Source of the DNA: Clostridium sp. CAG:567
GTDB taxonomy: Bacteria > Bacillota > Clostridia > TANB77 > CAG-508
NCBI GenBank assembly: GCA_000437855.1
Contig: FR902167.1
Coordinates: 339 to 64,338 of the forward strand
Reading direction: 5' to 3'
DNA: 64,000 nt
Positions 1 to 9,337 of the stretch are shown here, one piece after another; within the stretch, counting starts at the first letter, position 1, and every line of letters begins with the position of its first letter. A program made the position numbers and the translations under genes. Under the pieces are notes generated by a model that did no database searches, was not told where the DNA came from, and worked only from the letters and a program-made list of their open reading frames with translations.

Positions 1-80
1 CTGAAAATAACATGAAATAGTTTTAAATGATACTTTGAATTTGTTGTACTAGAAAAGTTTCAGAATTTTTCTAATACAAT

Positions 81-114
81 AAAAGAGGGTTCCTATATAA
101 TTAGGAACCCATCT
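81..114 (-). terminator. Rho-independent terminator after hpf
   Basis: Stem GGGTTCCT (87-94) / AGGAACCC (103-110) with an 8-nt loop. A T-run follows on the minus strand directly after the hpf stop. Confidence 0.6.
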
Positions 115-120
115 TTTAAA

Positions 121-651
121 TTAAGCTTCTGGTTCTATAAGACCGAAGTTACTATTATCTTTTAAACGATAAATTACATTAACTTTTCCTGTTTCTACAT
201 TAATAAATGTTAAGAATTTGTCTTGAGGTCTTTCTTCTAATTTTAGTTTTGCATCTTCTGGTGAAAGAGGTTTAATATCATAATATATTGTTTTTATGAT
301 TTCTCCTTCGACTACAGCTTCTTCAGAATGAGCCATTTCTTTAATACGAATAGAATCAGTCATGTTTTGTTGATCTTTTTTTGTTTTCATTTTTCTAATT
401 TGACCTTCTAAAATATCAATATCTTTATCAATAGAAGCGTATAAATCCTTATGCTCAGTTGTTGCTCTGAATCTATCAGTAGGAGTTTTTACCTCCATCT
501 CAGCTACTTGAAGACCACCTTCAGTTTTTATAGTTGCAGTCACATCAAAATCTTCACCAAAATATTTTACTAATCTTTCTGATTTTTTACCAATATAATC
601 TTTAATTGCCTCTGTTGCTGTTAGATCTTTAGATACTATTTTAATGTTCAT
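121..651 (-). CDS. hpf: Ribosome hibernation promoting factor (long HPF)
   Basis: MNIKIVSKDLTATEAIKDYIGKK... is a typical sigma-54 modulation/HPF N-domain, and a C-terminal dimerisation domain follows. The ATG at 651 is preferred over the ORF-track start at 669. Confidence 0.85.
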   Translation of the reverse strand: MNIKIVSKDLTATEAIKDYIGKKSERLVKYFGEDFDVTATIKTEGGLQVAEMEVKTPTDRFRATTEHKDLYASIDKDIDILEGQIRKMKTKKDQQNMTDSIRIKEMAHSEEAVVEGEIIKTIYYDIKPLSPEDAKLKLEERPQDKFLTFINVETGKVNVIYRLKDNSNFGLIEPEA

Positions 652-808
652 AACAATCTCTCCTTCCAAATTTACATATTTTCATTGGTATAGACTTATT
701 ATATATGTTTTAGATTTCTTTTGCAAGTGGTTTTAAAAAATATACATTGACAATTTGGAATCTAAAAGAATATAATGTGATTGAAACAAGAGAGTAAGAG
801 AGGTAAGT

Positions 809-1687
809 ATGTATAAACTAGTGGCAATTGATTTAGATGGAACTTTATTAGACTCTTATGGGCAAGTATCAGAGAGAAATAAAAATGCAATTCAAAAGGC
901 AGTGGATTTGGGCACTAAAGTTGTGTTAGCTTCTGGAAGAGGAACAATGTCAGTAAGAAACTTTGCAACAGAAATAAATGCAAATGAATATATGATTTGT
1001 GGTAATGGGTCTATTGTATATGACTTAAAAAATGAAGAAAGAATATATGAGAAATTTTTAAGTCAGAAAAAAGTTTTACAGTTAATAAAAATCTGTGAAG
1101 AAAATAGCATTTACTATAGTATTTGTACTGAAAAAGGAATTATAGCAAAATCATTAAACTATAATGTATTATTTTATAATCATGAAAATGCTAATAAGCC
1201 AGATAACAAGCAAACTAAGTTATATATTACAGATAATGTTTACCAATATATATTAGAAAGAGAAGAAACCGACTATACAAAAATGACAATTTGTGATGAT
1301 AACAATGTAATTTTTAAAAGTATAATAAGAAAGCTAAGAGATGTAAAAGGGATAAATGTATTGGATGTTGGACACATGACAAGAAAATTAATGAAGCTTG
1401 GAACTGAAGTATATTCTATAGAATACTACTATACAGAAATTACTAATGAAGATACTAATAAGTGGAATGCAATAAACTTTTTAATAGAGAAATTAGGAAT
1501 AAATAAGGAAGAAGTAATTGCAATTGGAGATAATGTTAATGACCAAACAATGCTTGAAAATGCTGGCTTAGGAGTGACTATGGCTAATAGTGCTTCATAT
1601 ATTCAAAAAATGGGAAATGTAATTACAGATACTAATAATGATGATGGGGTTGCTAAGGCAATTGAAAAATATATTCTAAGTGAATAA
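809..1687 (+). CDS. Cof-type HAD-IIB family phosphatase
   Basis: N-terminal motif VAIDLDGTLL and C-terminal GDNVNDQTMLENAGLGVTMANS are HAD motifs I and IV. Confidence 0.8.
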   Translation: MYKLVAIDLDGTLLDSYGQVSERNKNAIQKAVDLGTKVVLASGRGTMSVRNFATEINANEYMICGNGSIVYDLKNEERIYEKFLSQKKVLQLIKICEENSIYYSICTEKGIIAKSLNYNVLFYNHENANKPDNKQTKLYITDNVYQYILEREETDYTKMTICDDNNVIFKSIIRKLRDVKGINVLDVGHMTRKLMKLGTEVYSIEYYYTEITNEDTNKWNAINFLIEKLGINKEEVIAIGDNVNDQTMLENAGLGVTMANSASYIQKMGNVITDTNNDDGVAKAIEKYILSE

Positions 1688-1735
1688 ACTTACTTAAAAT
1701 GCACATAACTATTACTAATAGGAGAGTGTGTATTT

Positions 1736-1906
1736 ATGAGTAAAGATTTTAAAATAAAAAAAGAAACAAAAAACATTAATAACAAAGAAGATGTAACAAA
1801 ATATGGTGAGTTTGTATCATCATATTTTGCATGGATAACGCTAGAAGAGCAAAAAAACAAAGTTAAAAAAATGGAAGAAATGACTAACAAAGATACAGAA
1901 TTATAA
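1736..1906 (+). CDS. Small hypothetical protein (56 aa; below the ORF-track cutoff)
   Basis: ATG at 1736 is preceded by GGAGAG, and a hairpin terminator follows at 1995-2029. The antisense 66-aa track ORF (1690-1890) looks spurious. Confidence 0.3.
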   Translation: MSKDFKIKKETKNINNKEDVTKYGEFVSSYFAWITLEEQKNKVKKMEEMTNKDTEL

Positions 1907-1994
1907 CTATAATAATTAAAATAAATTTTAATATAAAGTATACAAAATTTTTATATTAAGTGAATTTATAAAATGGATAAATAATTTATAAATG

Positions 1995-2029
1995 AAAGCT
2001 GTCAATTTAACTATTTGACAGCTTTTTTA
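1995..2029 (+). terminator. Rho-independent terminator
   Basis: AAAGCTGTCAA / TTGACAGCTTT stem followed by a T-run. Confidence 0.5.
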
Positions 2030-2140
2030 AAATTATAATAAAAATTTATAATAAAATAAAAAGTATTTTTAAATGATTGACGAATCGACATAAATATGCT
2101 AAAATATTGGAAAAATATGTAAAAAGAGTTGAAAAAAATA

Positions 2141-2349
2141 TGAACAAAGAAGAATTATTAAACCTTGTGGAAAGTTTAAATATGCCTAAAGATGAATATT
2201 ATATTTTAGGTGGTGGTAGCTTAGTTATGTTTGGAATAAAAGATAAAACTGCAGATTTAGATTTATGTGTATCAGAAGAATTATTTGCCAGATTAAAAGA
2301 AGGATATAATTTAGATGAAAAAGATAAAAATGAATGCGGATTTTTATAA
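2141..2349 (+). pseudogene. Truncated nucleotidyltransferase-like gene fragment
   Basis: MNKEELLNLVESLNMPKDEYYILGGGSLVMFGIKDKTADLDLCVSEELF... resembles the N-half of a small nucleotidyltransferase. The frame breaks after ...NECGFL and several stops follow. Confidence 0.4.
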
Positions 2350-2409
2350 AATTATCTTGGCTTAGAAAAATATCGCAATCTAATATAAAAGAATAATATT
2401 TTTGAAAGG

Positions 2410-2690
2410 ATAAAAAACAATAGATATTGAAATTAAAACAGATTACAAAGAATTTCATGGAAGAAGTTGTGGAATAATTAAACAAGAAAACAAGTTTTTA
2501 ATTATGAGACTAGACAAAGCACCATATTTTCATATACAATGACAAGAGCGAAGAGAAACTATTGGAATTTAAGTGGGTTACACCAGAGGAGTTAAGAGAC
2601 ATAGATTTAAGACCTAAAAATATAAGAGATATGATGGTTAATGGAGATTATCTCAAAGGATTAACACATATTGTAAAGAAGGATAAATAA
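2410..2690 (+). pseudogene. Decayed NUDIX hydrolase remnant
   Basis: The pieces ...RSCGIIKQENKFLIMRLDKAPYFHI and ...EFKWVTPEELRDIDLRPKNIRDMM... lie in different frames, and the Nudix-box region is missing. Confidence 0.35.
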
Positions 2691-2706
2691 TAAAGAAGAG
2701 GTAGAT

Positions 2707-3876
2707 ATGGAAGAAATTGAATATTTAGATTTTGTTGATGAAAACAACAATGTAATTGAAAAAGAAGATTTATGTATGAATGATTTTGACTATTTATTGG
2801 AAAAAGCGAAAGAAGAGAAAATAGAGAAAAATGTTGTTGGATCGGTTATTGTAAATAGACAAGGAAAAATACTTATAATGTCAAGAAAGTCAGATGATTT
2901 TATGGGAGGTATTGACGAATTACCAAGCGGAAATATGGAAATTGGAGAAGATATACCAACGGCATTAGCAAGAGAGGTAAAAGAAGAAACAAATTGTGAG
3001 TTAAACGAAATTTTATATTATATAGATAGTTTTGATTATAAATCTGGAAGTGGAAAAAATGCTAGACAATATAATTTTGCTATAAAAGTGAAAGAAACAG
3101 ATAATATTGTTTTAACAGAACATGAATCATATTCATGGCAAACAGTTGAAGAAATAATTAATAATCCAAAAATAACTCATGAAGTAAAGAATACAATCAA
3201 AAGATATAATGATATTAAGCTTGAATATGAAGCTATGATTGAAAAGTATAAAATAAAACTAGAATTAATAAAATATATAGAGCAAATTGTAAATTATCAT
3301 TACAATTTAAATGATAAAGGACATGGAGTTGAGCATGCAAAATATGTAATAAATAGAAGTTTTGAATTTGCATACCAGGTTGAATCTATAAATTTAGAAA
3401 TGGTATATGTAATTGCAGCATATCATGATGTGGCTCATCATATTGATGCGAAAAACCATGAAACTATTTCTGCTAAGATGTTAATGGAAGACAAGAAATT
3501 AAAAGATTTTTTCACAGATGAACAAATAAAAATAATGAGCGAAGCAGTAGAAGACCATCGTTCATCAATGGAAACAGAGCCAAGAAGCATCTATGGAAAA
3601 ATAGTATCATCTGCTGATAGAAATACAAGTGTTGAGGTTACTTTAAAAAGATGCTATTCATATAATAGAAGGCATTTTTCTGAATTAAAAGAAAGCGAGA
3701 TTATAGAAGAATGTAGAAAATTTTTATTAAAGAAATTTGGTATAAATGGTTATGCAAGAAGCAAAATGTTTTTTGATGACAAGGAATATAAAAAGTATTT
3801 AGATGATATAACTGATTTAGCCTTAGATAGTGATAAATTTGCTGTTGAAATAAAAAAAGTAAATGAAATATATTAA
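2707..3876 (+). CDS. NUDIX hydrolase - HD-domain phosphohydrolase fusion protein
   Basis: Nudix box GGIDELPSGNMEIGEDIPTALAREVKEETNCEL in the N-half. HD signature HGVEHAKYV...AAYHDVAHHID...EDHRSS...SADR in the C-half. Confidence 0.75.
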   Translation: MEEIEYLDFVDENNNVIEKEDLCMNDFDYLLEKAKEEKIEKNVVGSVIVNRQGKILIMSRKSDDFMGGIDELPSGNMEIGEDIPTALAREVKEETNCELNEILYYIDSFDYKSGSGKNARQYNFAIKVKETDNIVLTEHESYSWQTVEEIINNPKITHEVKNTIKRYNDIKLEYEAMIEKYKIKLELIKYIEQIVNYHYNLNDKGHGVEHAKYVINRSFEFAYQVESINLEMVYVIAAYHDVAHHIDAKNHETISAKMLMEDKKLKDFFTDEQIKIMSEAVEDHRSSMETEPRSIYGKIVSSADRNTSVEVTLKRCYSYNRRHFSELKESEIIEECRKFLLKKFGINGYARSKMFFDDKEYKKYLDDITDLALDSDKFAVEIKKVNEIY

Positions 3877-3904
3877 TTATATGTTAGTAATGTAAATATA
3901 AAAT

Positions 3905-3943
3905 AAAACATCTTGATGTAAAAACCGAGGTGTTTTATTTTTT
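3905..3943 (+). terminator. Rho-independent terminator
   Basis: AAAACATCTTG / CGAGGTGTTTT stem (with G-U pairs) followed by ATTTTTT. Confidence 0.5.
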
Positions 3944-4161
3944 ACAATAAATTATTGTCCAATAATGCAACAAATTGGAAATTTTTCGGGTTCATATAAG
4001 TAAAAGCTAATTTAATTATTATGGATAGTTGAATGTTATTTAAAAAATTTTGAAATTTGTCCGGTTTTCAAAAAAGGCAGGCACTTATATATATAGAAGC
4101 ACAATTAAACATGTAATAATTAAAATTTTACCATATAAAAATTAAACAAGAGGTGGACAAT

Positions 4162-4392
4162 ATGTTTGAAAAAGTAGAAGAAATCAACGGAAAAAAATAT
4201 TTTTTACACAAAACAAAAGATGGCGAATATGAACTATGGAGATATAACGAAAAGTATGACAAATGGGTACATATTAATTTTATAGGAGAAGAGGTAAATC
4301 GTACAGAACAGAATGTTGTTGATACTCTATCAAAACAATTTATTGCTAGAAATATACAAGACAAAGATTATAAATTTTTATATAAATGGTAA
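4162..4392 (+). CDS. Small hypothetical protein
   Basis: ORF with GAGGTGG 6 nt upstream of the ATG at 4162. I recognise no family. Confidence 0.45.
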   Translation: MFEKVEEINGKKYFLHKTKDGEYELWRYNEKYDKWVHINFIGEEVNRTEQNVVDTLSKQFIARNIQDKDYKFLYKW

Positions 4393-4486
4393 AATTAAGT
4401 GACGCACCTTAAAATAAAAATAGACACATAAGATTACAAATGATACAATGTAATTGCCAAATAAACATTGAAAGGATTTGTAATTT

Positions 4487-4621
4487 ATGTGTCAAAACAA
4501 TTATAACAGAAAAAAAGAAGAAAAGAAATATCAACATTTAAATTATGTTGAAAAAACACAAATAGAAAGATGGTATAATATTGAAAAGAAGCCATGCTCA
4601 GAGATTGCAAAATTATTATAA
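4487..4621 (+). pseudogene. Possible IS30-type transposase N-terminal HTH remnant (44 aa)
   Basis: ...YQHLNYVEKTQIERWYNIEKKPCSEIAKLL resembles the KHLTxEERxxIE...IAxxLG helix-turn-helix at IS30 transposase N-termini. It is truncated by a stop. Confidence 0.25.
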
Positions 4622-4639
4622 AAAAATTTTAAAAATATA

Positions 4640-4667
4640 TTGACAAACTAAAAAAAGAGTGTATAAT
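4640..4667 (+). promoter_or_regulatory. Sigma-A type promoter of the ctsR operon
   Basis: TTGACA (4640-4645), a 16-nt spacer, then TATAAT (4662-4667). Confidence 0.65.
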
Positions 4668-4676
4668 ATTTATATA

Positions 4677-4700
4677 GGTCAAAGAAAGTCAAAGTCAAAG
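4677..4700 (+). promoter_or_regulatory. CtsR operator (tandem heptad repeat)
   Basis: GGTCAAAGAAAGTCAAAGTCAAAG fits the CtsR box (A/G)GTCAAA-NAN-(A/G)GTCAAA. It lies just downstream of the -10 element. Confidence 0.8.
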
Positions 4701-4712
4701 GAAAGAATAAAA

Positions 4713-5162
4713 ATGAGAATGTCAGATATAATAGAGGAATTTATAAAGCAGATGTTTGAGAAAGAAGATACAATTGAAATACAAAGAAATGACTTGGCGC
4801 AACAATTTAACTGTGTACCATCTCAAATAAACTATGTAATAGCAACAAGATTTAAACCATCACAAGGTTATTATGTAGAAAGCAGAAGAGGTGGTGGAGG
4901 CCATATTAGAATTGAAAAAGTTAATGTGACACAAAGCAATTATTTAATGCATGTTATAAATAGTTTAGATAATAAAATAACTTCACAAGAAGTAGATATT
5001 TTTATAAGTAACTTTTTGTCAGAAGGTATTATATCTAAAAAAGAAGCAAAATTATTAAAGGTAGCAACTAGTGATAATGTTTTAACTGTACCGCAAGAAA
5101 TTAAGGACAGCTTAAGAGCGAAAATATTTAAAAACATGTTAGTTAATTTAGTTGAAGACTAA
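4713..5162 (+). CDS. ctsR: Class III stress-gene repressor CtsR
   Basis: MRMSDIIEEFIKQM...VPSQINYVIATRF...YYVESRRGGGGHIRI, including the hallmark glycine loop. The ATG at 4713 is preferred because the track start overlaps the operator. Confidence 0.9.
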   Translation: MRMSDIIEEFIKQMFEKEDTIEIQRNDLAQQFNCVPSQINYVIATRFKPSQGYYVESRRGGGGHIRIEKVNVTQSNYLMHVINSLDNKITSQEVDIFISNFLSEGIISKKEAKLLKVATSDNVLTVPQEIKDSLRAKIFKNMLVNLVED

Positions 5163-5201
5163 TGACCATACATAATTTAAAATTTAAAGGAGGTAATTTT
5201 T

Positions 5202-5759
5202 ATGTTATGTCAAAATTGTGGAAAAAATGAGGTAAATTTTAGATATACTCAAATAATAAATGGAGTTAAAAAAGAAATGGCACTTTGTGATAAATGTGCA
5301 AAAGAATTAGGATTAGAAAGTTTAGATTTTAATATGCCAATAAACTTTTCTAGTTTTTTAGGAGACTTTTTAAGTGTAGCATCAGAAAATAGTTTTTTAC
5401 CTAGTTTTGTAAAAACAAATACATTACAATGCAATAAATGTGGAATGACTTATGATGAATTTGCTAATAGTGGAAAATTAGGATGTGCAAATTGTTATGA
5501 TGTATTTTCAGACCCATTAGAACAAGTACTTAAAAAAATACATGGCTCTACTAGTCATGTAGGAAGATGCGAAAAAGTAACAGAAGGTGATGAAAATATT
5601 ACCGAGAAGTTAAATAAAAATGAAAAAGCAAAAAGTAAAAAAACAGAAAAAGAAGATAAAGTTGAAAAGTTAGAAAGTGAATTAAAACAAGCGGTTAAAG
5701 AAGAAAGATACGAGGATGCTGCAAAAATAAGAGATGAAATAAAAAAACTTTCAAATTAA
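5202..5759 (+). CDS. mcsA: Protein arginine kinase activator McsA
   Basis: N-terminal CxxC zinc-finger repeats (CQNCGK..., CDKCAKE, CNKCG, CANCY) and a C-terminal UVR motif (ERYEDAAKIRDEI). Confidence 0.85.
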   Translation: MLCQNCGKNEVNFRYTQIINGVKKEMALCDKCAKELGLESLDFNMPINFSSFLGDFLSVASENSFLPSFVKTNTLQCNKCGMTYDEFANSGKLGCANCYDVFSDPLEQVLKKIHGSTSHVGRCEKVTEGDENITEKLNKNEKAKSKKTEKEDKVEKLESELKQAVKEERYEDAAKIRDEIKKLSN

Positions 5760-5811
5760 AATTTAAATGAATAAAAATAGTTTAGCCATATAAGGGCAAA
5801 AGGGAGGAAAT

Positions 5812-6834
5812 ATGTTAAATTGGTATTTACAAAATGGAAAAGATTCAGATGTTGTGGTTAGTTCAAGAATAAGACTTGCTAGAAATTTTAATAATATACC
5901 ATTTACAACTAAGTTTTCAAAAGAGCAAGCACAAGAAGTTAAAAATAAAGTAAAAGAAATTACTCCAAGTATAGGTTATGGATTAAAGTTTATTGATTTA
6001 AATGATTTAGATGATGTTACTAAAATAAGCTTAATTGAAAAGAATCTAATTACAGCAGAATTTGCAATGAATAAAGCAAAAGTTGGAGCAATTTTAATAA
6101 ATGATGAAGAAAACATTTGCATAATGATAAATGATGAAGATCATATAAGAATGCAATTTTTTAGTTCAGGTCTTGAGCTTGAAAATTTGAAAAATTTAGC
6201 TGTTGAAATTGATGAAAAAATTGCAAAACTTTTACCTTATGCAGTTAGTAAAAAGTATGGATATTTAACAGCATGTCCAACTAATGTTGGTACAGCAATG
6301 AAAGCTTCAGTAATAGTTCATTTACCAGCATTAACAATGACAAACAATATAAATAAAATACTAAATGTTGTTAATAATTTTGGAATGAACATTTATGGAC
6401 TATATGGTGATGAAACACAAAATAGAAGTGATATTTATGAAATTTCAAATAATCAAACTTTAGGAATTACTGAAGAAGATATTGTTAAAAGTTTAAATAT
6501 TATAGTTGAAAAAGTTATGGAACAAGAAAGAACTGTAAGAAAATATTTAGCAAAGAACTCAATTGATTTGGAAGATAAAGTTTATCGTTCTTATGGAACT
6601 TTGGCTTATGCTACTAAAATTTCACTAAATGAAGCAAGAAAATTGTTATCTTATGTTAAACTTGGAACTGACTTGGGCATAATTAAAGAGTTAGATGATA
6701 CTAAAGTAAGTAAATTATATTTATATATTCAATCTGCAAATTTACAAAAATATATAGGAGAAAAATTGGAGGGATATGAAAGAGACATAAAGAGAGCAGA
6801 AATTATAAAGAAAATAATAAATGATAAAACATAA
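5812..6834 (+). CDS. mcsB: Protein arginine kinase McsB
   Basis: ATP:guanido phosphotransferase domain (SSRIRLARNF..., ACPTNVGT) and its position between mcsA and clpC. Confidence 0.9.
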   Translation: MLNWYLQNGKDSDVVVSSRIRLARNFNNIPFTTKFSKEQAQEVKNKVKEITPSIGYGLKFIDLNDLDDVTKISLIEKNLITAEFAMNKAKVGAILINDEENICIMINDEDHIRMQFFSSGLELENLKNLAVEIDEKIAKLLPYAVSKKYGYLTACPTNVGTAMKASVIVHLPALTMTNNINKILNVVNNFGMNIYGLYGDETQNRSDIYEISNNQTLGITEEDIVKSLNIIVEKVMEQERTVRKYLAKNSIDLEDKVYRSYGTLAYATKISLNEARKLLSYVKLGTDLGIIKELDDTKVSKLYLYIQSANLQKYIGEKLEGYERDIKRAEIIKKIINDKT

Positions 6835-6858
6835 TAAATAGAAAGGAAGTGTGTTTAT

Positions 6859-9306
6859 ATGATGTACAAATTTACAAATAGTGCAGAAAAAGCGCTAGAA
6901 CTTTCAGGAGAGCTAGCAGCTGATTTTGGACATAATTATATAGGAACAGAACATATTTTATATGGATTAGTAAAGGAAGGTAGTGGAGTTGCAAGCCAAG
7001 TATTGAATCTTCAAGAAGTTACACCAGAAAATATTGAAGAAGAAATAGAGGCTTTAGTTGGCAAAGGAACTCCTATACAAAATAGACAAGAAATAGGCTT
7101 TACACCTCGTTCAAAAAGAGTTATTGAAAATGCATTTTTAGAGGCTAGAAAGTTTGGCTCTGAATTTATAGGAACAGAACATTTACTTATAGGAATTATG
7201 CGTGAAGGAGATAGTATTGCAGTTAGAATAATGTTAGATTTAGGCGTAAATCCTCAAAAGTTATATAATGAAATTATTAAAGTTATAAATGAAGACGAGA
7301 ATGCAAATATAAATGAAAAACAATCAAATGGAAAGGGAAGAGGAAGCTATAATCAAACACCAACATTAAATCAATATGGTACTGATTTAACAAAAAAAGC
7401 TGCTGAAGGAAAGCTAGATCCAGTTATAGGAAGAAAAACTGAAATTCAAAGAGTTATACAAATTTTGTCAAGAAGAACAAAAAATAATCCTTGCTTAATT
7501 GGTGAACCAGGTGTTGGTAAAACAGCTGTTGCAGAAGGACTAGCTGAAAAAATAATTTCTGAAGATGTACCTGAAATGCTAAAAAATAAAAGGGTAGTAA
7601 GCTTAGATATTGCTAGTATGGTTGCAGGAGCAAAATATCGTGGCGATTTTGAAGAAAGAATTAAAAAATGTCTAGAGGAAGTCAGAAAATCAGGAGACGT
7701 TATATTATTTATTGATGAGGTTCACACTATTGTTGGAGCAGGATCAGCAGAAGGTGCAGTTGATGCAGCTAATATTTTAAAACCACTTCTTGCAAGAGGA
7801 GAAGTTCAAGTAATTGGTGCAACTACACTAAATGAATATCGTAAATATATTGAAAAAGATAGTGCTTTGGAAAGACGTTTTAGTCCAGTAACAGTTGGAG
7901 AACCTACTAAAGCAGAAACAGAAGAAATATTAAAAGGAATTCGTGATAAATATGAAGCACATCACAATGTGAAAATAACTGATGAAGCAATAAAATCAGC
8001 AGTAGAGCTATCTACAAGGTATATAAATGATAGATTTTTACCAGATAAAGCAATAGATTTAATTGATGAAGCTGCATCTAGGGTTAAAATGAAAACATAT
8101 ACTCAACCAGAAAGTTTAAAAAAATTAGAAGATGAAATTGTTACTCTTGATAAAGAAAAAGAAGATACAATTAGAGTTCAGGACTTTGAAAAAGCAGCAA
8201 TTTTACGTGATAAAATAAAAGAAGAAAAAGAAAAACTACAAAAAGAAAAAGAAAAATGGCAAAATAAAAATACTAAAAATGTTACAGCTTTGAATGAAGA
8301 AGATATTGCAGAAGTAGTTGCTAGTTGGACTGGTGTACCTGTAAAAAAATTAACTCAAAGCGAAAATGAAAAATTAAAAAATTTAGAGAAAACATTACAT
8401 CAAAGAGTAATTGGACAGAATGAAGCTGTAGAAGCAGTAGCAAAAGCTATTAGAAGAGGAAGAGTTGGATTAAAAGATCCAAACCGTCCAATTGGTTCAT
8501 TTCTATTTTTAGGACCAACAGGTGTTGGTAAAACAGAACTTTCAAAAGCATTAGCAGAGAGCTTATTTGGAAATGAAGATGCAATGATTAGAATTGATAT
8601 GTCTGAGTACATGGAAGGTCATTCTGTATCTAAATTAATTGGTTCACCTCCAGGATATGTTGGATTTGATGATGGAGGACAATTAACAGAAAAAATTAGA
8701 AGAAAACCATATTCAGTAATTCTATTTGATGAGATTGAAAAAGCACACCCAGATGTAATGAATATGTTACTTCAAATTTTGGATGATGGTAGATTAACAG
8801 ATGCACAAGGAAGAACAGTTAACTTTAAAAATACTGTTATAATAATGACGTCAAATATTGGAGCAAGATTAATTACAGACAAAACTACTTTAGGATTTTC
8901 AGCTGTTGATAAAAAAGATGAAACACAAAAAGAATATGAAAGCATTAAAAAAGACGTTATGGGAGAACTAAAAAAACAATTTAGACCTGAATTTATTAAT
9001 CGTATAGATGAAATAATAGTTTTCCATAAATTAAATAATGAAGATATAAAACAAATAATTGATATTATGATAAATCAAGTAACAAAAAGAATGCAAGAAA
9101 AAGGATATAACCTTGAAATAGAAGATAGTGTAAAAGAATTAATTGCTAAAAAAGGAATTGATACAAATTATGGTGCAAGACCATTAAAAAGAGCTATTCA
9201 AAATATACTAGAGGATAGAGTTGCAGAAGAAATACTTGATGGAAATATTAAACAAAATAAAAAAGCAATTATAAAAGCAGAAGATGATAAAATAGTAATA
9301 AAATAA
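6859..9306 (+). CDS. clpC: ATP-dependent Clp protease ATP-binding subunit ClpC
   Basis: Clp_N repeats, two Walker A motifs (GEPGVGKT, GPTGVGKT) and a UVR-like linker. Last gene of the ctsR operon. Confidence 0.95.
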   Translation: MMYKFTNSAEKALELSGELAADFGHNYIGTEHILYGLVKEGSGVASQVLNLQEVTPENIEEEIEALVGKGTPIQNRQEIGFTPRSKRVIENAFLEARKFGSEFIGTEHLLIGIMREGDSIAVRIMLDLGVNPQKLYNEIIKVINEDENANINEKQSNGKGRGSYNQTPTLNQYGTDLTKKAAEGKLDPVIGRKTEIQRVIQILSRRTKNNPCLIGEPGVGKTAVAEGLAEKIISEDVPEMLKNKRVVSLDIASMVAGAKYRGDFEERIKKCLEEVRKSGDVILFIDEVHTIVGAGSAEGAVDAANILKPLLARGEVQVIGATTLNEYRKYIEKDSALERRFSPVTVGEPTKAETEEILKGIRDKYEAHHNVKITDEAIKSAVELSTRYINDRFLPDKAIDLIDEAASRVKMKTYTQPESLKKLEDEIVTLDKEKEDTIRVQDFEKAAILRDKIKEEKEKLQKEKEKWQNKNTKNVTALNEEDIAEVVASWTGVPVKKLTQSENEKLKNLEKTLHQRVIGQNEAVEAVAKAIRRGRVGLKDPNRPIGSFLFLGPTGVGKTELSKALAESLFGNEDAMIRIDMSEYMEGHSVSKLIGSPPGYVGFDDGGQLTEKIRRKPYSVILFDEIEKAHPDVMNMLLQILDDGRLTDAQGRTVNFKNTVIIMTSNIGARLITDKTTLGFSAVDKKDETQKEYESIKKDVMGELKKQFRPEFINRIDEIIVFHKLNNEDIKQIIDIMINQVTKRMQEKGYNLEIEDSVKELIAKKGIDTNYGARPLKRAIQNILEDRVAEEILDGNIKQNKKAIIKAEDDKIVIK

Positions 9307-9308
9307 TA

Positions 9309-9337
9309 AAAAACTCTCAGAATTTTTCTGAGAGTTT
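9309..9337. terminator. Bidirectional hairpin terminator between clpC and the convergent CDF gene
   Basis: ACTCTCAG / CTGAGAGT stem flanked by an A-run and a T-run. Confidence 0.6.

Noticed and set aside
2336-2338. CGG in the nucleotidyltransferase-like fragment as a sixth frameshift site.
   Set aside because: It is out of frame (TGC GGA) relative to the homologous reading, and the downstream frames all contain several stops. This is ordinary decay, not the CGG pattern.
8400-8612. Antisense or alternative-frame ORFs inside long conserved genes. Examples: 8400-8612 in clpC; 18474-19515 (several) in proS; 21800-22798 in aspS; 28527-28922 in prkC; 32258-32766 in the ABC ATPase; 35869-36102 in pflB; 52908-53264 and 53425-53919 in the sporulation genes; 57487-58305 in the radical SAM gene.
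   Set aside because: They lie wholly within well-supported genes and have low-complexity, Leu/Phe/Ser-rich translations typical of AT-rich off-frames. They also have no RBS.
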